From Euprymna scolopes (taxonomy: Eukaryota), in assembly GCA_053919585.1 (NCBI GenBank), contig JBSSHM010000338.1: DNA of 55,427 nucleotides; one strand, given 5' to 3'. A program made the position numbers and the translations under genes. The notes beneath the pieces were generated by a model, which did not search any database, was not told the origin of the DNA, and saw only the letters and a list, made by a program, of their open reading frames with translations. Of the stretch, positions 44,901-55,427 are shown piece by piece (within the stretch, counting starts at the first letter, position 1; each line of letters starts with the position of its first letter).

Positions 44901-47900
44901 ACATTGCTTTAGTAGAGAGATAGAAATAATTATCCAACATTACTTTAGTAGAGAGATAGAAATAATTATCCAACATTACTTTAGTAGAGAGATAGAAATA
45001 ATTATCCAACATTACTTTAGTAGAGAGATAGAAATAATTATCCAACATTACTTTAGTAGAGAGATAGAAATAATTATCCAACATTACTTTAGTAGAGAGA
45101 TAGAAATAATTATCCAACATTACTTTAGTAGAGAGATAGAAATAATTATCCAACATTACTTTAGTAGAGAGATAGAAATAATTATCCAACATTACTTTAG
45201 TAGAGAGATAGAAATAATTATCCAACATTACTTTAGTAGAGAGATAGAAATAATTATCCAACATTACTTTAGTATAGAGATAGAAATAATTATCCATCGC
45301 TTACTTTAGTAGAGAGATAGAAATAATTATCCAACATTACTTTAGTAGAGAGATAGAAATAATTACCCAACATTACTTTAGTAGAGAGATAGAAATAATT
45401 ACCCAACATTACTTTAGTAGAGAGATAGAAATAATTATCCAACATTACTTTAGTAGAGAGATAGAAATAATTATCCAACATTACTTTAGTAGAGAGATAG
45501 AAATAATTATCCAACATTACTTTAGTAGAGAGATAGAAATAATTATCAAACATTACTTTAGTAGAGAGATAGAAATAATTATCCAACATTACTTTAGTAG
45601 AGAGATAGAAATAATTATCCAACATTACTTTAGTAGAGAGATAGAAATAATTATCCAACATTACTTTAGTAGAGAGATAGAAATAATTATCCATCGCTTA
45701 CTTTAGTAGAGAGATAGAAATAATTATCCAACATTACTTTAGTAGAGAGATAGAAATAATTACCCAACATTACTTTAGTAGAGAGATAGAAATAATTACC
45801 CAACATTACTTTAGTAGAGAGATATAAAATAATTATCCAACATCACTTTAGTAGAGAGATAGAAATAATTATCCAACATTACTTTAGTAGAGAGATAGAA
45901 ATAATTATCCAACATTACTTTAGTAGAGAGATAGAAATAATTATCCATCGCTTACTTTAGTAGAGAGATAGAAATAATTACCCAACATTACTTTAGTAGA
46001 GAGATAGAAATAATTATCCAACATTACTTTAGTAGAAAGATAGAAATAATTATCCAAAATTACTTTAGTAGAGAGATAGAAATAATTATCCAACATTACT
46101 TTAGTAGAGAGATAGAAATAATTATCCATCGCTTACTTTAGTAGAGAGATAGAAATAATTACCCAACATTACTTTAGTAGAGAGTTAGAAATAATTATCC
46201 AACATTACTTTAGTAGAGAGATAGAAATAATTACCCAACATTACTTTAGTAGAGAGATAGAAATAATTATCCAACATTACTTTAGTAGAGAGATAGAAAT
46301 AATTATCCAACATTACTTTAGTAGAGAGATAGAAATAATTATCCAACATTACTTTAGTAGAGAGATAGAAATAATTATCCAACATTACTTTAGTAGAGAG
46401 ATAGAAATAATTATCCAACATTACTTTAGTAGAGAGATAGAAATAATTATCCAACATTACTTTAGTAGAGAGATAGAAATAATTATCCAACATTACTTTA
46501 GTAGAGAGATAGAAATAATTACCCAACATTACTTTAGTAGAGAGATAGAAATAATTACCCAACATTACTTTAGTAGAGAGATAGAAATAATTATCCAACA
46601 TTACTTTAGTAGAGAGATAGAAATAATTATCCAACATTACTTTAGTAGAGAGATAGAAATAATTATCCAACATTACTTTAGTAGAGAGATAGAAATAATT
46701 ATCCAACATTACTTTAGTAGAGAGATAGAAATAATTATCCAACATTACTTTAGTAGAGAGATAGAAATAATTATCCAACATTACTTTAGTAGAGAGATAG
46801 AAATAATTACCCAACATTACTTTAGTAGAGAGATAGAAATAATTATCCAACATTACTTTAGTAGAGAGATAGAAATAATTATCCAACATTACTTTAGTAG
46901 AGAGATTGAAATAATTATCCAACAATACTTTAGTAGAGAGATAGAAATAATTATCCAACATTACTTTAGTAGAGAGATAGAAATAATTATCCAACATTAC
47001 TTTAGTAGAGAGATAGAAATAATTATCCAACATTACTTTAGTATAGAGATAGAAATAATTATCCAACATTACTTTAGTAGAGAGATAGAAATAATTATCC
47101 AACATTACTTTAGTAGAGAGATAGAAATAATTATCCAACATTACTTTAGTAGAGAGATAGAAATAATTATCCAACATTACTTTAGTAGAGAGATAGAAAT
47201 AATTATCCAACATTACTTTAGTAGAGAGATAGAAATAATTATCCAACATTACTTTAGTAGAGAGATAGAAATAATTATCCAACATTACTTTAGTAGAGAG
47301 ATAGAAATAATTATCCAACATTACTTTAGTAGAGAGATAGAAATAATTATCCAACATTACTTTAGTAGAGAGATAGAAATAATTATCCAACATTACTTTA
47401 GTAGAGAGATAGAAATAATTATCCAACATTACTTTAGTAGAGAGATAGAAATAATTATCCAACATTACTTTAGTAGAGAGATAGAAATAATTATCCAACA
47501 TTACTTTAGTAGAGAGATAGAAATAATTATCCAACATTACTTTAGTAGAGAGATAGAAATAATTATCCAACATTACTTTAGTAGAGAGATAGAAATAATT
47601 ATCCAACATTACTTTAGTAGAGAGATAGAAATAATTATCCAACATTACTTTAGTAGAGAGATAGAAATAATTACCCAACATTACTTTAGTAGAGAGATAG
47701 AAATAATTACCCAACATTACTTTAGTAGAGAGATAGAAATAATTATCCAACATTACTTTAGTAGAGAGATAGAAATAATTATCCAACATTACTTTAGTAG
47801 AGAGATAGAAATAATTATCCAACATTACTTTAGTAGAGAGATAGAAATAATTACCCAACATTACTTTAGTAGAGAGATAGAAATAATTATCCGCATTACT

Positions 47901-49200
47901 TTAGTAGAGAGATAGAAATAATTATCCAACATTACTTTAGTAGAGAGATAGAAATAATTACCCAACATTACTTTAGTAGAGAGATAGAAATAATTATCCA
48001 ACATTACTTTAGTAGAGAGATAGAAATAATTATCCAACATTACTTTAGTAGAGAGATAGAAATAATTATCCAACATTACTTTAGTAGAGAGATAGAAATA
48101 ATTATCCAACATTACTTTAGTAGAGAGATAGAAATAATTACCCAACATTACTTTAGTAGAGAGATAGAAATAATTACCCAACATTACTTTAGTAGAGAGA
48201 TAGAAATAATTATCCAACATTACTTTAGTAGAGAGATAGAAATAATTATCCAACATTACTTTAGTAGAGAGATAGAAATAATTACCCAACATTACTTTAG
48301 TAGAGAGATAGAAATAATTATCCAACATTACTTTAGTAGAGAGATAGAAATAATTATCCAACATTACTTTAGTAGAGAGATAGAAATAATTATCCAACAT
48401 TACTTTAGTAGAGAGATAGAAATAATTACCCAACATTACTTTAGTAGAGAGATAGAAATAATTATCCAACATTACTTTAGTAGAGAGATAGAAATAATTA
48501 CCCAACATTACTTTAGTAGAGAGATAGAAATAATTATCCAACATTACTTTAGTAGAGAGATAGAAATAATTATCCAACATTACTTTAGTAGAGAGATAGA
48601 AATAATTATCCAACATTACTTTAGTAGAGAGATAGAAATAATTATCCAACATTACTTTAGTAGAGAGATAGAAATAATTATCCAACATTACTTTAGTAGA
48701 GAGATAGAAATAATTACCCAACATTACTTTAGTAGAGAGATAGAAATAATTATCCAACATTACTTTAGTAGAGAGATAGAAATAATTATCCAACATTACT
48801 TTTGTAGAGAGATAGAAATAATTATCCAACATTACTTTAGTAGAGAGATAGAAATAATTATCCAACATTACTTTAGTAGAGAGATAGAAATAATTATCCA
48901 ACATTACTTTAGTAGAGAGATAGAAAAAATAATCCAACATTACTTTAGTAGAGAGATAGAAATAATTATCCAACATTACTTTAGTAGAGAGATAGAAATA
49001 ATTATCCATCGCTTACTTTAGTAGAGAGATAGAAATAATTATCCAACATTACTTTAGTAGAGAGATAGAAATAATTATCCAACATTACTTTAGTAGAGAG
49101 ATAGAAATAATTACCCAACATTACTTTAGTAGAGAGATAGAAATAATTACCCAACATTACTTTAGTAGAGAGATAGAAATAATTATCCAACATTACTTTA
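40180..49200. repeat. Higher-order tandem duplication, period 4435 bp (123 monomers), with a 13-monomer (467-bp) insertion in the second copy
   Basis: SNVs 40285/44720, 42472/46907, 42609/47044 and B units 40855/45290, 41252/45687, 41506/45941 pair at +4435. After ~47890 the offset is 4902 (CTTTTGTAG 43901/48803; B 44100/49002). Confidence 0.87.
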
Positions 49201-52200
49201 GTAGAGAGATAGAAATAATTATCCAACATTACTTTAGTAGAGAGATAGAAATAATTATCCAACATTACTTTAGTAGAGAGATAGAAATAATTATCCAACA
49301 TTACTTTAGTAGAGAGATAGAAATAATTATCCAACATTACTTTAGTAGAGAGATAGAAATAATTATCCAACATTACTTTAGTAGAGAGATAGAAATAATT
49401 ATCCAACATTACTTTAGTAGAGAGATAGAAATAATTATCCAACATTACTTTAGTAGAGAGATAGAAATAATTATCCAACATTTCTTTAGTAGAGAGATAG
49501 AAATAATTATCCAACATTACTTTAGTAGAGAGATAGAAATAATTATCCAACATTACTTTAGTAGAGAGATAGAAATAATTATCCCACATTACTTTAGTAG
49601 AGAGATAGAAATAATTATCCAACATTACTTTAGTAGAGAGATAGAAATAATTACCCAACATTACTTTAGTAGAGAGATAGAAATAATTACCCAACATTAC
49701 TTTAGTAGAGAGATAGAAATAATTATCCAACATTACTTTAGTAGAGAGATAGAAATAATTATCCAACATTACTTTAGTAGAGAGATAGAAATAATTATCC
49801 AACATTACTTTAGTAGAGAGATAGAAATAATTATCCAACATTACTTTAGTAGAGAGATAGAAATAATTATCCAACATTACTTTAGTAGAGAGATAGAAAT
49901 AATTATCCAACATTACTTTAGTAGAGAGATAGAAATAATTATCCAACATTACTTTAGTAGATAGATAGAAATAATTATCCAACATTACTTTAGTAGAGAG
50001 ATAGAAATAATTATCCAACATTACTTTAGTAGAGAGATAGAAATAATTATCCAACATTACTTTAGTAGAGAGATAGAAATAATTATCCATCGCTTACTTT
50101 AGTAGAGAGATAGAAATAATTATCCAACATTACTTTAGTAGAGAGATAGAAATAATTACCCAACATTACTTTAGTAGAGAAATAGAAATAATTACCCAAC
50201 ATTACTTTAGTAGAGAGATATAAAATAATTATCCAACATTACTTTAGTAGAGAGATAGAAATAATTATCCAACATTACTTTAGTAGAGAGATAGAAATAA
50301 TTATCCAACATTACTTTAGTAGAGAGATAGAAATAATTATCCATCGCTTATTTTAGTAGAGAGATAGAAATAATTACCCAACATTACTTTAGTAGAGAGA
50401 TAGAAATAATTATCCAACATTACTTTAGTAGAAAGATAGAAATAATTATCCAACATTACTTTAGTAGAGAGATAGAAATAATTATCCAACATTACTTTAG
50501 TAGAGAGATAGAAATAATTATCCATCGCTTACTTTAGTAGAGAGATAGAAATAATTACCCAACATTACTTTAGTAGAGAGTTAGAAATAATTATCCAACA
50601 TTACTTTAGTAGAGAGATAGAAATAATTACCCAACATTACTTTAGTAGAGAGATAGAAATAATTATCCAACATTACTTTAGTAGAGAGATAGAAATAATT
50701 ATCCAACATTACTTTAGTAGAGAGATAGAAATAATTATCCAACATTACTTTAGTAGAGAGATAGAAATAATTATCCAACATTACTTTAGTAGAGAGATAG
50801 AAATAATTATCCAACATTACTTTAGTAGAGAGATAGAAATAATTATCCAACATTACTTTAGTAGAGAGATAGAAATAATTATCCAACATTACTTTAGTAG
50901 AGAGATAGAAATAATTACCCAACATTACTTTAGTAGAGAGATAGAAATAATTACCCAACATTACTTTAGTAGAGAGATAGAAATAATTATCCAACATTAC
51001 TTTAGTAGAGAGATAGAAATAATTATCCAACATTACTTTAGTAGAAAGATAGAAATAATTATCCAACATTACTTTAGTAGAGAGATAGAAATAATTATCC
51101 ATCGCTTACTTTAGTAGAGAGATAGAAATAATTATCCAACATTACTTTAGTAGAGAGATAGAAATAATTATCCAACATTACTTTAGTAGAGAGATAGAAA
51201 TAATTATCCATCGCTTACTTTAGTAGAGAGATAGAAATAATTATCCAACATTACTTTAGTAGAGAGATAGAAATAATTACCCAACATTACTTTAGTAGAG
51301 AGATAGAAATAATTATCCAACATTACTTTAGTAGAGAGATAGAAATAATTATCCATCGCTTACTTTAGTAGAGAGATAGAAATAATTATCAAACATTACT
51401 TTAGTAGAGAGATAGAAATAATTACCCAACATTACTTTAGTAGAGAGATAGAAATAATTATCCAACATTACTTTAGTAGAGAGATAGAAATAATTATCCA
51501 ACATTACTTTAGTAGAGAGATAGAAATAATTATCCAACATTACTTTAGTAGAGAGATAGAAATAATTACCCAACATTACTTTAGTAGAGAGATAGAAATA
51601 ATTATCCAACATTACTTTAGTAGAGAGATAGAAATAATTATCCAACATTACTTTAGTAGAGAGATAGAAATAATTATCCAACATTACTTTAGTAGAGAGA
51701 TAGAAATAATTATCCAACATTACTTTAGTAGAGAGATAGAAATAATTATCCAACATTACTTTAGTAGAGAGATAGAAATAATTACCCAACATTACTTTAG
51801 TAGAGAGATAGAAATAATTATCCAACATTACTTTAGTAGAGAGATAGAAATAATTATCCAACATTACTTTAGTAGAGAGATAGAAATAATTATCCAACAT
51901 TACTTTAGTAGAGAGATAGAAATAATTATCCTACATTACTTTAGTAGAGAGATAGAAATAATTATCCAACATTACTTTAGTAAAGAGATAGAAATAATTA
52001 TCCAACATTACTTTAGTAGAGAGATAGAAATAATTATCCAACATTACTTTAGTAGAGAGATAGAAATAATTATCCAACATTACTTTAGTAGAGAGATAGA
52101 AATAATTATCCAACATTACTTTAGTAGAGAGATAGAAATAATTATCCAACATTACTTTAGTAGAGAGATAGAAATAATTACCCAACATTACTTTAGTAGA

Positions 52201-55200
52201 GAGATAGAAATAATTACCCAACATTACTTTAGTAGAGAGATAGAAATAATTATCCAACATTACTTTAGTAGAGAGATAGAAATAATTATCCAACATTACT
52301 TTAGTAGAGAGATAGAAATAATTATCCAACATTACTTTAGTAGAGAGATAGAAATAATTATCCAACATTACTTTAGTAGAGAGATAGAAATAATTATCCA
52401 ACATTTCTTTAGTAGAGAGATAGAAATAATTATCCAACATTACTTTAGTAGAGAGATAGAAATAATTATCCAACATTACTTTAGTAGAGAGATAGAAATA
52501 ATTATCCCACATTACTTTAGTAGAGAGATAGAAATAATTATCCAACATTACTTTAGTAGAGAGATAGAAATAATTACCCAACATTACTTTAGTAGAGAGA
52601 TAGAAATAATTACCCAACATTACTTTAGTAGAGAGATAGAAATAATTATCCAACATTACTTTAGTAGAGAGATAGAAATAATTATCCAACATTACTTTAG
52701 TAGAGAGATAGAAATAATTATCCAACATTACTTTAGTAGAGAGATAGAAATAATTATCCAACATTACTTTAGTAGAGAGATAGAAATAATTATCCAACAT
52801 TACTTTAGTAGAGAGATAGAAATAATTATCCAACATTACTTTAGTAGAGAGATAGAAATAATTATCCAACATTACTTTAGTAGAGAGATAGAAATAATTA
52901 TCCAACATTACTTTAGTAGAGAGATAGAAATAATTATCCAACATTACTTTAGTAGAGAGATAGAAATAATTATCCAACATTACTTTAGTAGAGAGATAGA
53001 AATAATTATCCAACATTACTTTAGTAGAGAGATAGAAATAATTATCCAACATTACTTTAGTAGAGAGATAGAAATAATTATCCATCGCTTACTTTAGTAG
53101 AGAGATAGAAATAATTATCCAACATTACTTTAGTAGAGAGATAGAAATAATTACCCAACATTACTTTAGTAGAGAGATAGAAATAATTACCCAACATTAC
53201 TTTAGTAGAGAGATAGAAATAATTATCCAACATTACTTTAGTAGAGAGATAGAAATAATTATCCAACATTACTTTAGTAGAGAGATAGAAATAATTATCC
53301 AACATTACTTTAGTAGAGAGATAGAAATAATTATCCAACATTACTTTAGTAGAGAGATAGAAATAATTATCCAACATTACTTTAGTAGAGAGATAGAAAT
53401 AATTATCCAACATTACTTTAGTAGAGAGATAGAAATAATTATCCAACATTACTTTAGTAGAGAGATAGAAATAATTATCCATCGCTTACTTTAGTAGAGA
53501 GATAGAAATAATTATCCAACATTACTTTAGTAGAGAGATAGAAATAATTACCCAACATTACTTTAGTAGAGAAATAGAAATAATTACCCAACATTACTTT
53601 AGTAGAGAGATATAACATAATTATCCAACATTACTTTAGTAGAGAGATAGAAATAATTATCCAACATTACTTTAGTAGAGAGATAGAAATAATTATCCAA
53701 CATTACTTTAGTAGAGAGATAGAAATAATTATCCATCGCTTACTTTAGTAGAGAGATAGAAATAATTACCCAACATTACTTTAGTAGAGAGATAGAAATA
53801 ATTATCCAACATTACTTTAGTAGAAAGATAGAAATAATTATCCAACATTACTTTAGTAGAGAGATAGAAATAATTATCCATCGCTTACTTTAGTAGAGAG
53901 ATAGAAATAATTACCCAACATTACTTTAGTAGAGAGTTAGAAATAATTATCCAACATTACTTTAGTAGAGAGATAGAAATAATTACCCAACATTACTTTA
54001 GTAGAGAGATAGAAATAATTATCCAACATTACTTTAGTAGAGAGATAGAAATAATTATCCAACATTACTTTAGTAGAGAGATAGAAATAATTATCCAACA
54101 TTACTTTAGTAGAGAGATAGAAATAATTATCCAACATTACTTTAGTAGAGAGATAGAAATAATTATCCAACATTACTTTAGTAGAGAGATAGAAATAATT
54201 ATCCAACATTACTTTAGTAGAGAGATAGAAATAATTATCCAACATTACTTTAGTAGAGAGATAGAAATAATTACCCAACATTACTTTAGTAGAGAGATAG
54301 AAATAATTACCCAACATTACTTTAGTAGAGAGATAGAAATAATTATCCAACATTACTTTAGTAGAGAGATAGAAATAATTATCCAACATTACTTTAGTAG
54401 AGAGATAGAAATAATTATCCAACATTACTTTAGTAGAGAGATAGAAATAATTATCCAACATTACTTTAGTAGAGAGATAGAAATAATTATCCAACATTAC
54501 TTTAGTAGAGAGATAGAAATAATTATCCAACATTACTTTAGTAGAGAGATAGAAATAATTATCCAACATTACTTTAGTAGAGAGATAGAAATAATTACCC
54601 AACATTACTTTAGTAGAGAGATAGAAATAATTATCCAACATTACTTTAGTAGAAAGATAGAAATAATTATCCAACATTACTTTAGTAGAGAGATAGAAAT
54701 AATTATCCAACATTACTTTAGTAGAGAGATAGAAATAATTATCCAACATTACTTTAGTAGAGAGATAGAAATAATTATCCAACATTACTTTAGTAGAGAG
54801 ATAGAAATAATTATCCAACATTACTTTAGTAGAGAGATAGAAATAATTATCCAACATTACTTTAGTAGAGAGATAGAAATAATTATCCAACATTACTTTA
54901 GTAGAGAGATAGAAATAATTATCCAACATTACTTTAGTAGAGAGATAGAAATAATTATCCAACATTACTTTAGTAGAGAGATAGAAATAATTATCCAACA
55001 TTACTTTAGTAGAGAGATAGAAATAATTATCCCACATTACTTTAGTAGAGAGATAGAAATAATTATCCAACATTACTTTAGTAGAGAGATAGAAATAATT
55101 ATCCAACATTACTTTAGTAGAGAGATAGAAATAATTATCCATCGCTTACTTTAGTAGAGAGATAGAAATAATTATCCAACATTACTTTAGTAGAGAGATA

Positions 55201-55427
55201 GAAATAATTACCCAACATTACTTTAGTAGAGAGATAGAAATAATTACCCAACATTACTTTAGTAGAGAGATAGAAATAATTATTCAACATTACTTTAGTA
55301 GAGAGATAGAAATAATTATCCAACATTACTTTAGTAGAGAGATAGAAATAATTATCCAACATTACTTTAGTAGAGAGATAGGAATAATTATCCAACATTA
55401 CTTTAGTAGAGAGATAGAAATAATTAT

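Larger units (their letters stand above)
24335..53945. repeat. Recurrent ~250-bp variant cassette (B, C-variant, GTAGAAAGA, usually CCAAAATT, B, C-variant ending GAGTTAG), 10 dispersed copies
   Basis: Starts at B units 24342, 28774, 30866, 31771, 36132, 39701, 41506, 45941, 50337 and 53729 (the last is one monomer shorter). These correspond to the repeated 62-aa ORFs and ...LDNYF* stops in the ORF track. Confidence 0.9.
181..55164. repeat. Interspersed 37-bp variant monomer 'B' (GAAATAATTATCCATCGCTTACTTTAGTAGAGAGATA), ~76 copies
   Basis: TTATCCATCGC starts at 188, 765, 1810, 2351, 2820, 3901, 4154, 6531, 7108 ... 53729, 53874, 55135. These positions coincide with the ...KVSDG* ends and MDNY starts in the ORF track. 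Confidence 0.97.
1..55427. repeat. Tandem satellite array of a 36-bp monomer (GAAATAATTATCCAACATTACTTTAGTAGAGAGATA), ~1537 copies, single orientation, running off both window ends
   Basis: Monomer read directly from positions 1-36 and repeated to the last base. 1537x36 + 11 + 76 (B units) + 10 (TA units) - 2 (35-bp units) = 55427. The monomer has 9 G+C in 36 bp. Most units equal the consensus or differ by one substitution. Confidence 0.99.

Noticed and set aside
860-55260. T/C variant order as a deliberate binary code or a Reb1-like (TTACCCG) site array
   Set aside because: The pattern is explained by nested duplication of blocks, and the variant reads TTACCCA rather than the full motif. Nothing in the sequence supports a coding function.
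188-55398. Minus-strand ORFs of (MLDNYFYLSTKV)n, up to 1229 aa, as protein-coding genes
   Set aside because: They follow from a stop-free 36-bp unit. There is no unique N- or C-terminal domain, almost no synonymous divergence between repeats, and ends are set by frameshift or nonsense variants. Two open frames of six is the chance expectation at this composition.
1-55427. CRISPR array (36-37-bp repeats; minus strand TCTACTAAAGTA loosely recalls the Cas12a repeat 3' end)
   Set aside because: Repeats abut directly with no spacers, leader or cas genes, and the TCTAC/GTAGA stem of Cas12a repeats is not formed.
1-55427. Telomerase-synthesised telomeric repeat
   Set aside because: There is no G-rich/C-rich strand asymmetry (5 G versus 4 C on +) and the unit is longer than telomerase repeats I know. 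Kilobase-scale copying of variant patterns indicates DNA-level duplication rather than unit-by-unit templating. A terminal satellite location cannot be excluded from this window.
1-55427. Pure technical artefact (rolling-circle/MDA concatemer or sequencing noise)
   Set aside because: Rare variants recur in ordered, nested haplotypes at several different periods, which random error or copying of one small circle would not produce. Individual duplications could still be mis-assembled.
1-55427. Iteron or replication-origin repeats, tRNA-linked STR arrays, or rDNA spacer subrepeats
   Set aside because: No rep gene, tRNA, rRNA or any unique sequence is present, and the copy number far exceeds such elements.

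Overview
The whole 55,427-bp window is one uninterrupted head-to-tail tandem array (satellite DNA) of a 36-bp, 25% GC monomer, GAAATAATTATCCAACATTACTTTAGTAGAGAGATA. I see no unique sequence, inversion, transposon, RNA gene, CRISPR spacer or credible protein-coding gene. My hand count is 1537 complete monomers plus 11 bp, including 76 copies of a 37-bp variant (CCAACATT->CCATCGCTT, 'B'), 10 copies of a second 37-bp variant (GATAGAAA->GATATAAAA, 'TA') and two 35-bp units; this sums exactly to the window length. All listed ORFs are translations of the monomer (MLDNYFYLSTKV on -, EIIIQHYFSREI on +), cut by these indel variants. The information lies in the order of variant monomers, which shows nested higher-order repeats: a 6381-bp (177-mer) tandem duplication with an older third copy, duplications with periods of 1947, 1805, 4435 and 504 bp, a dispersed copy 6524 bp away, and recurrent variant cassettes. 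These patterns split the array into a left domain (~1-23.4 kb) and a right domain (~24.3-55.4 kb). I do not recognise the satellite family or the organism. A centromeric or heterochromatic role is plausible but is inference only. I found no gene-based novel system.
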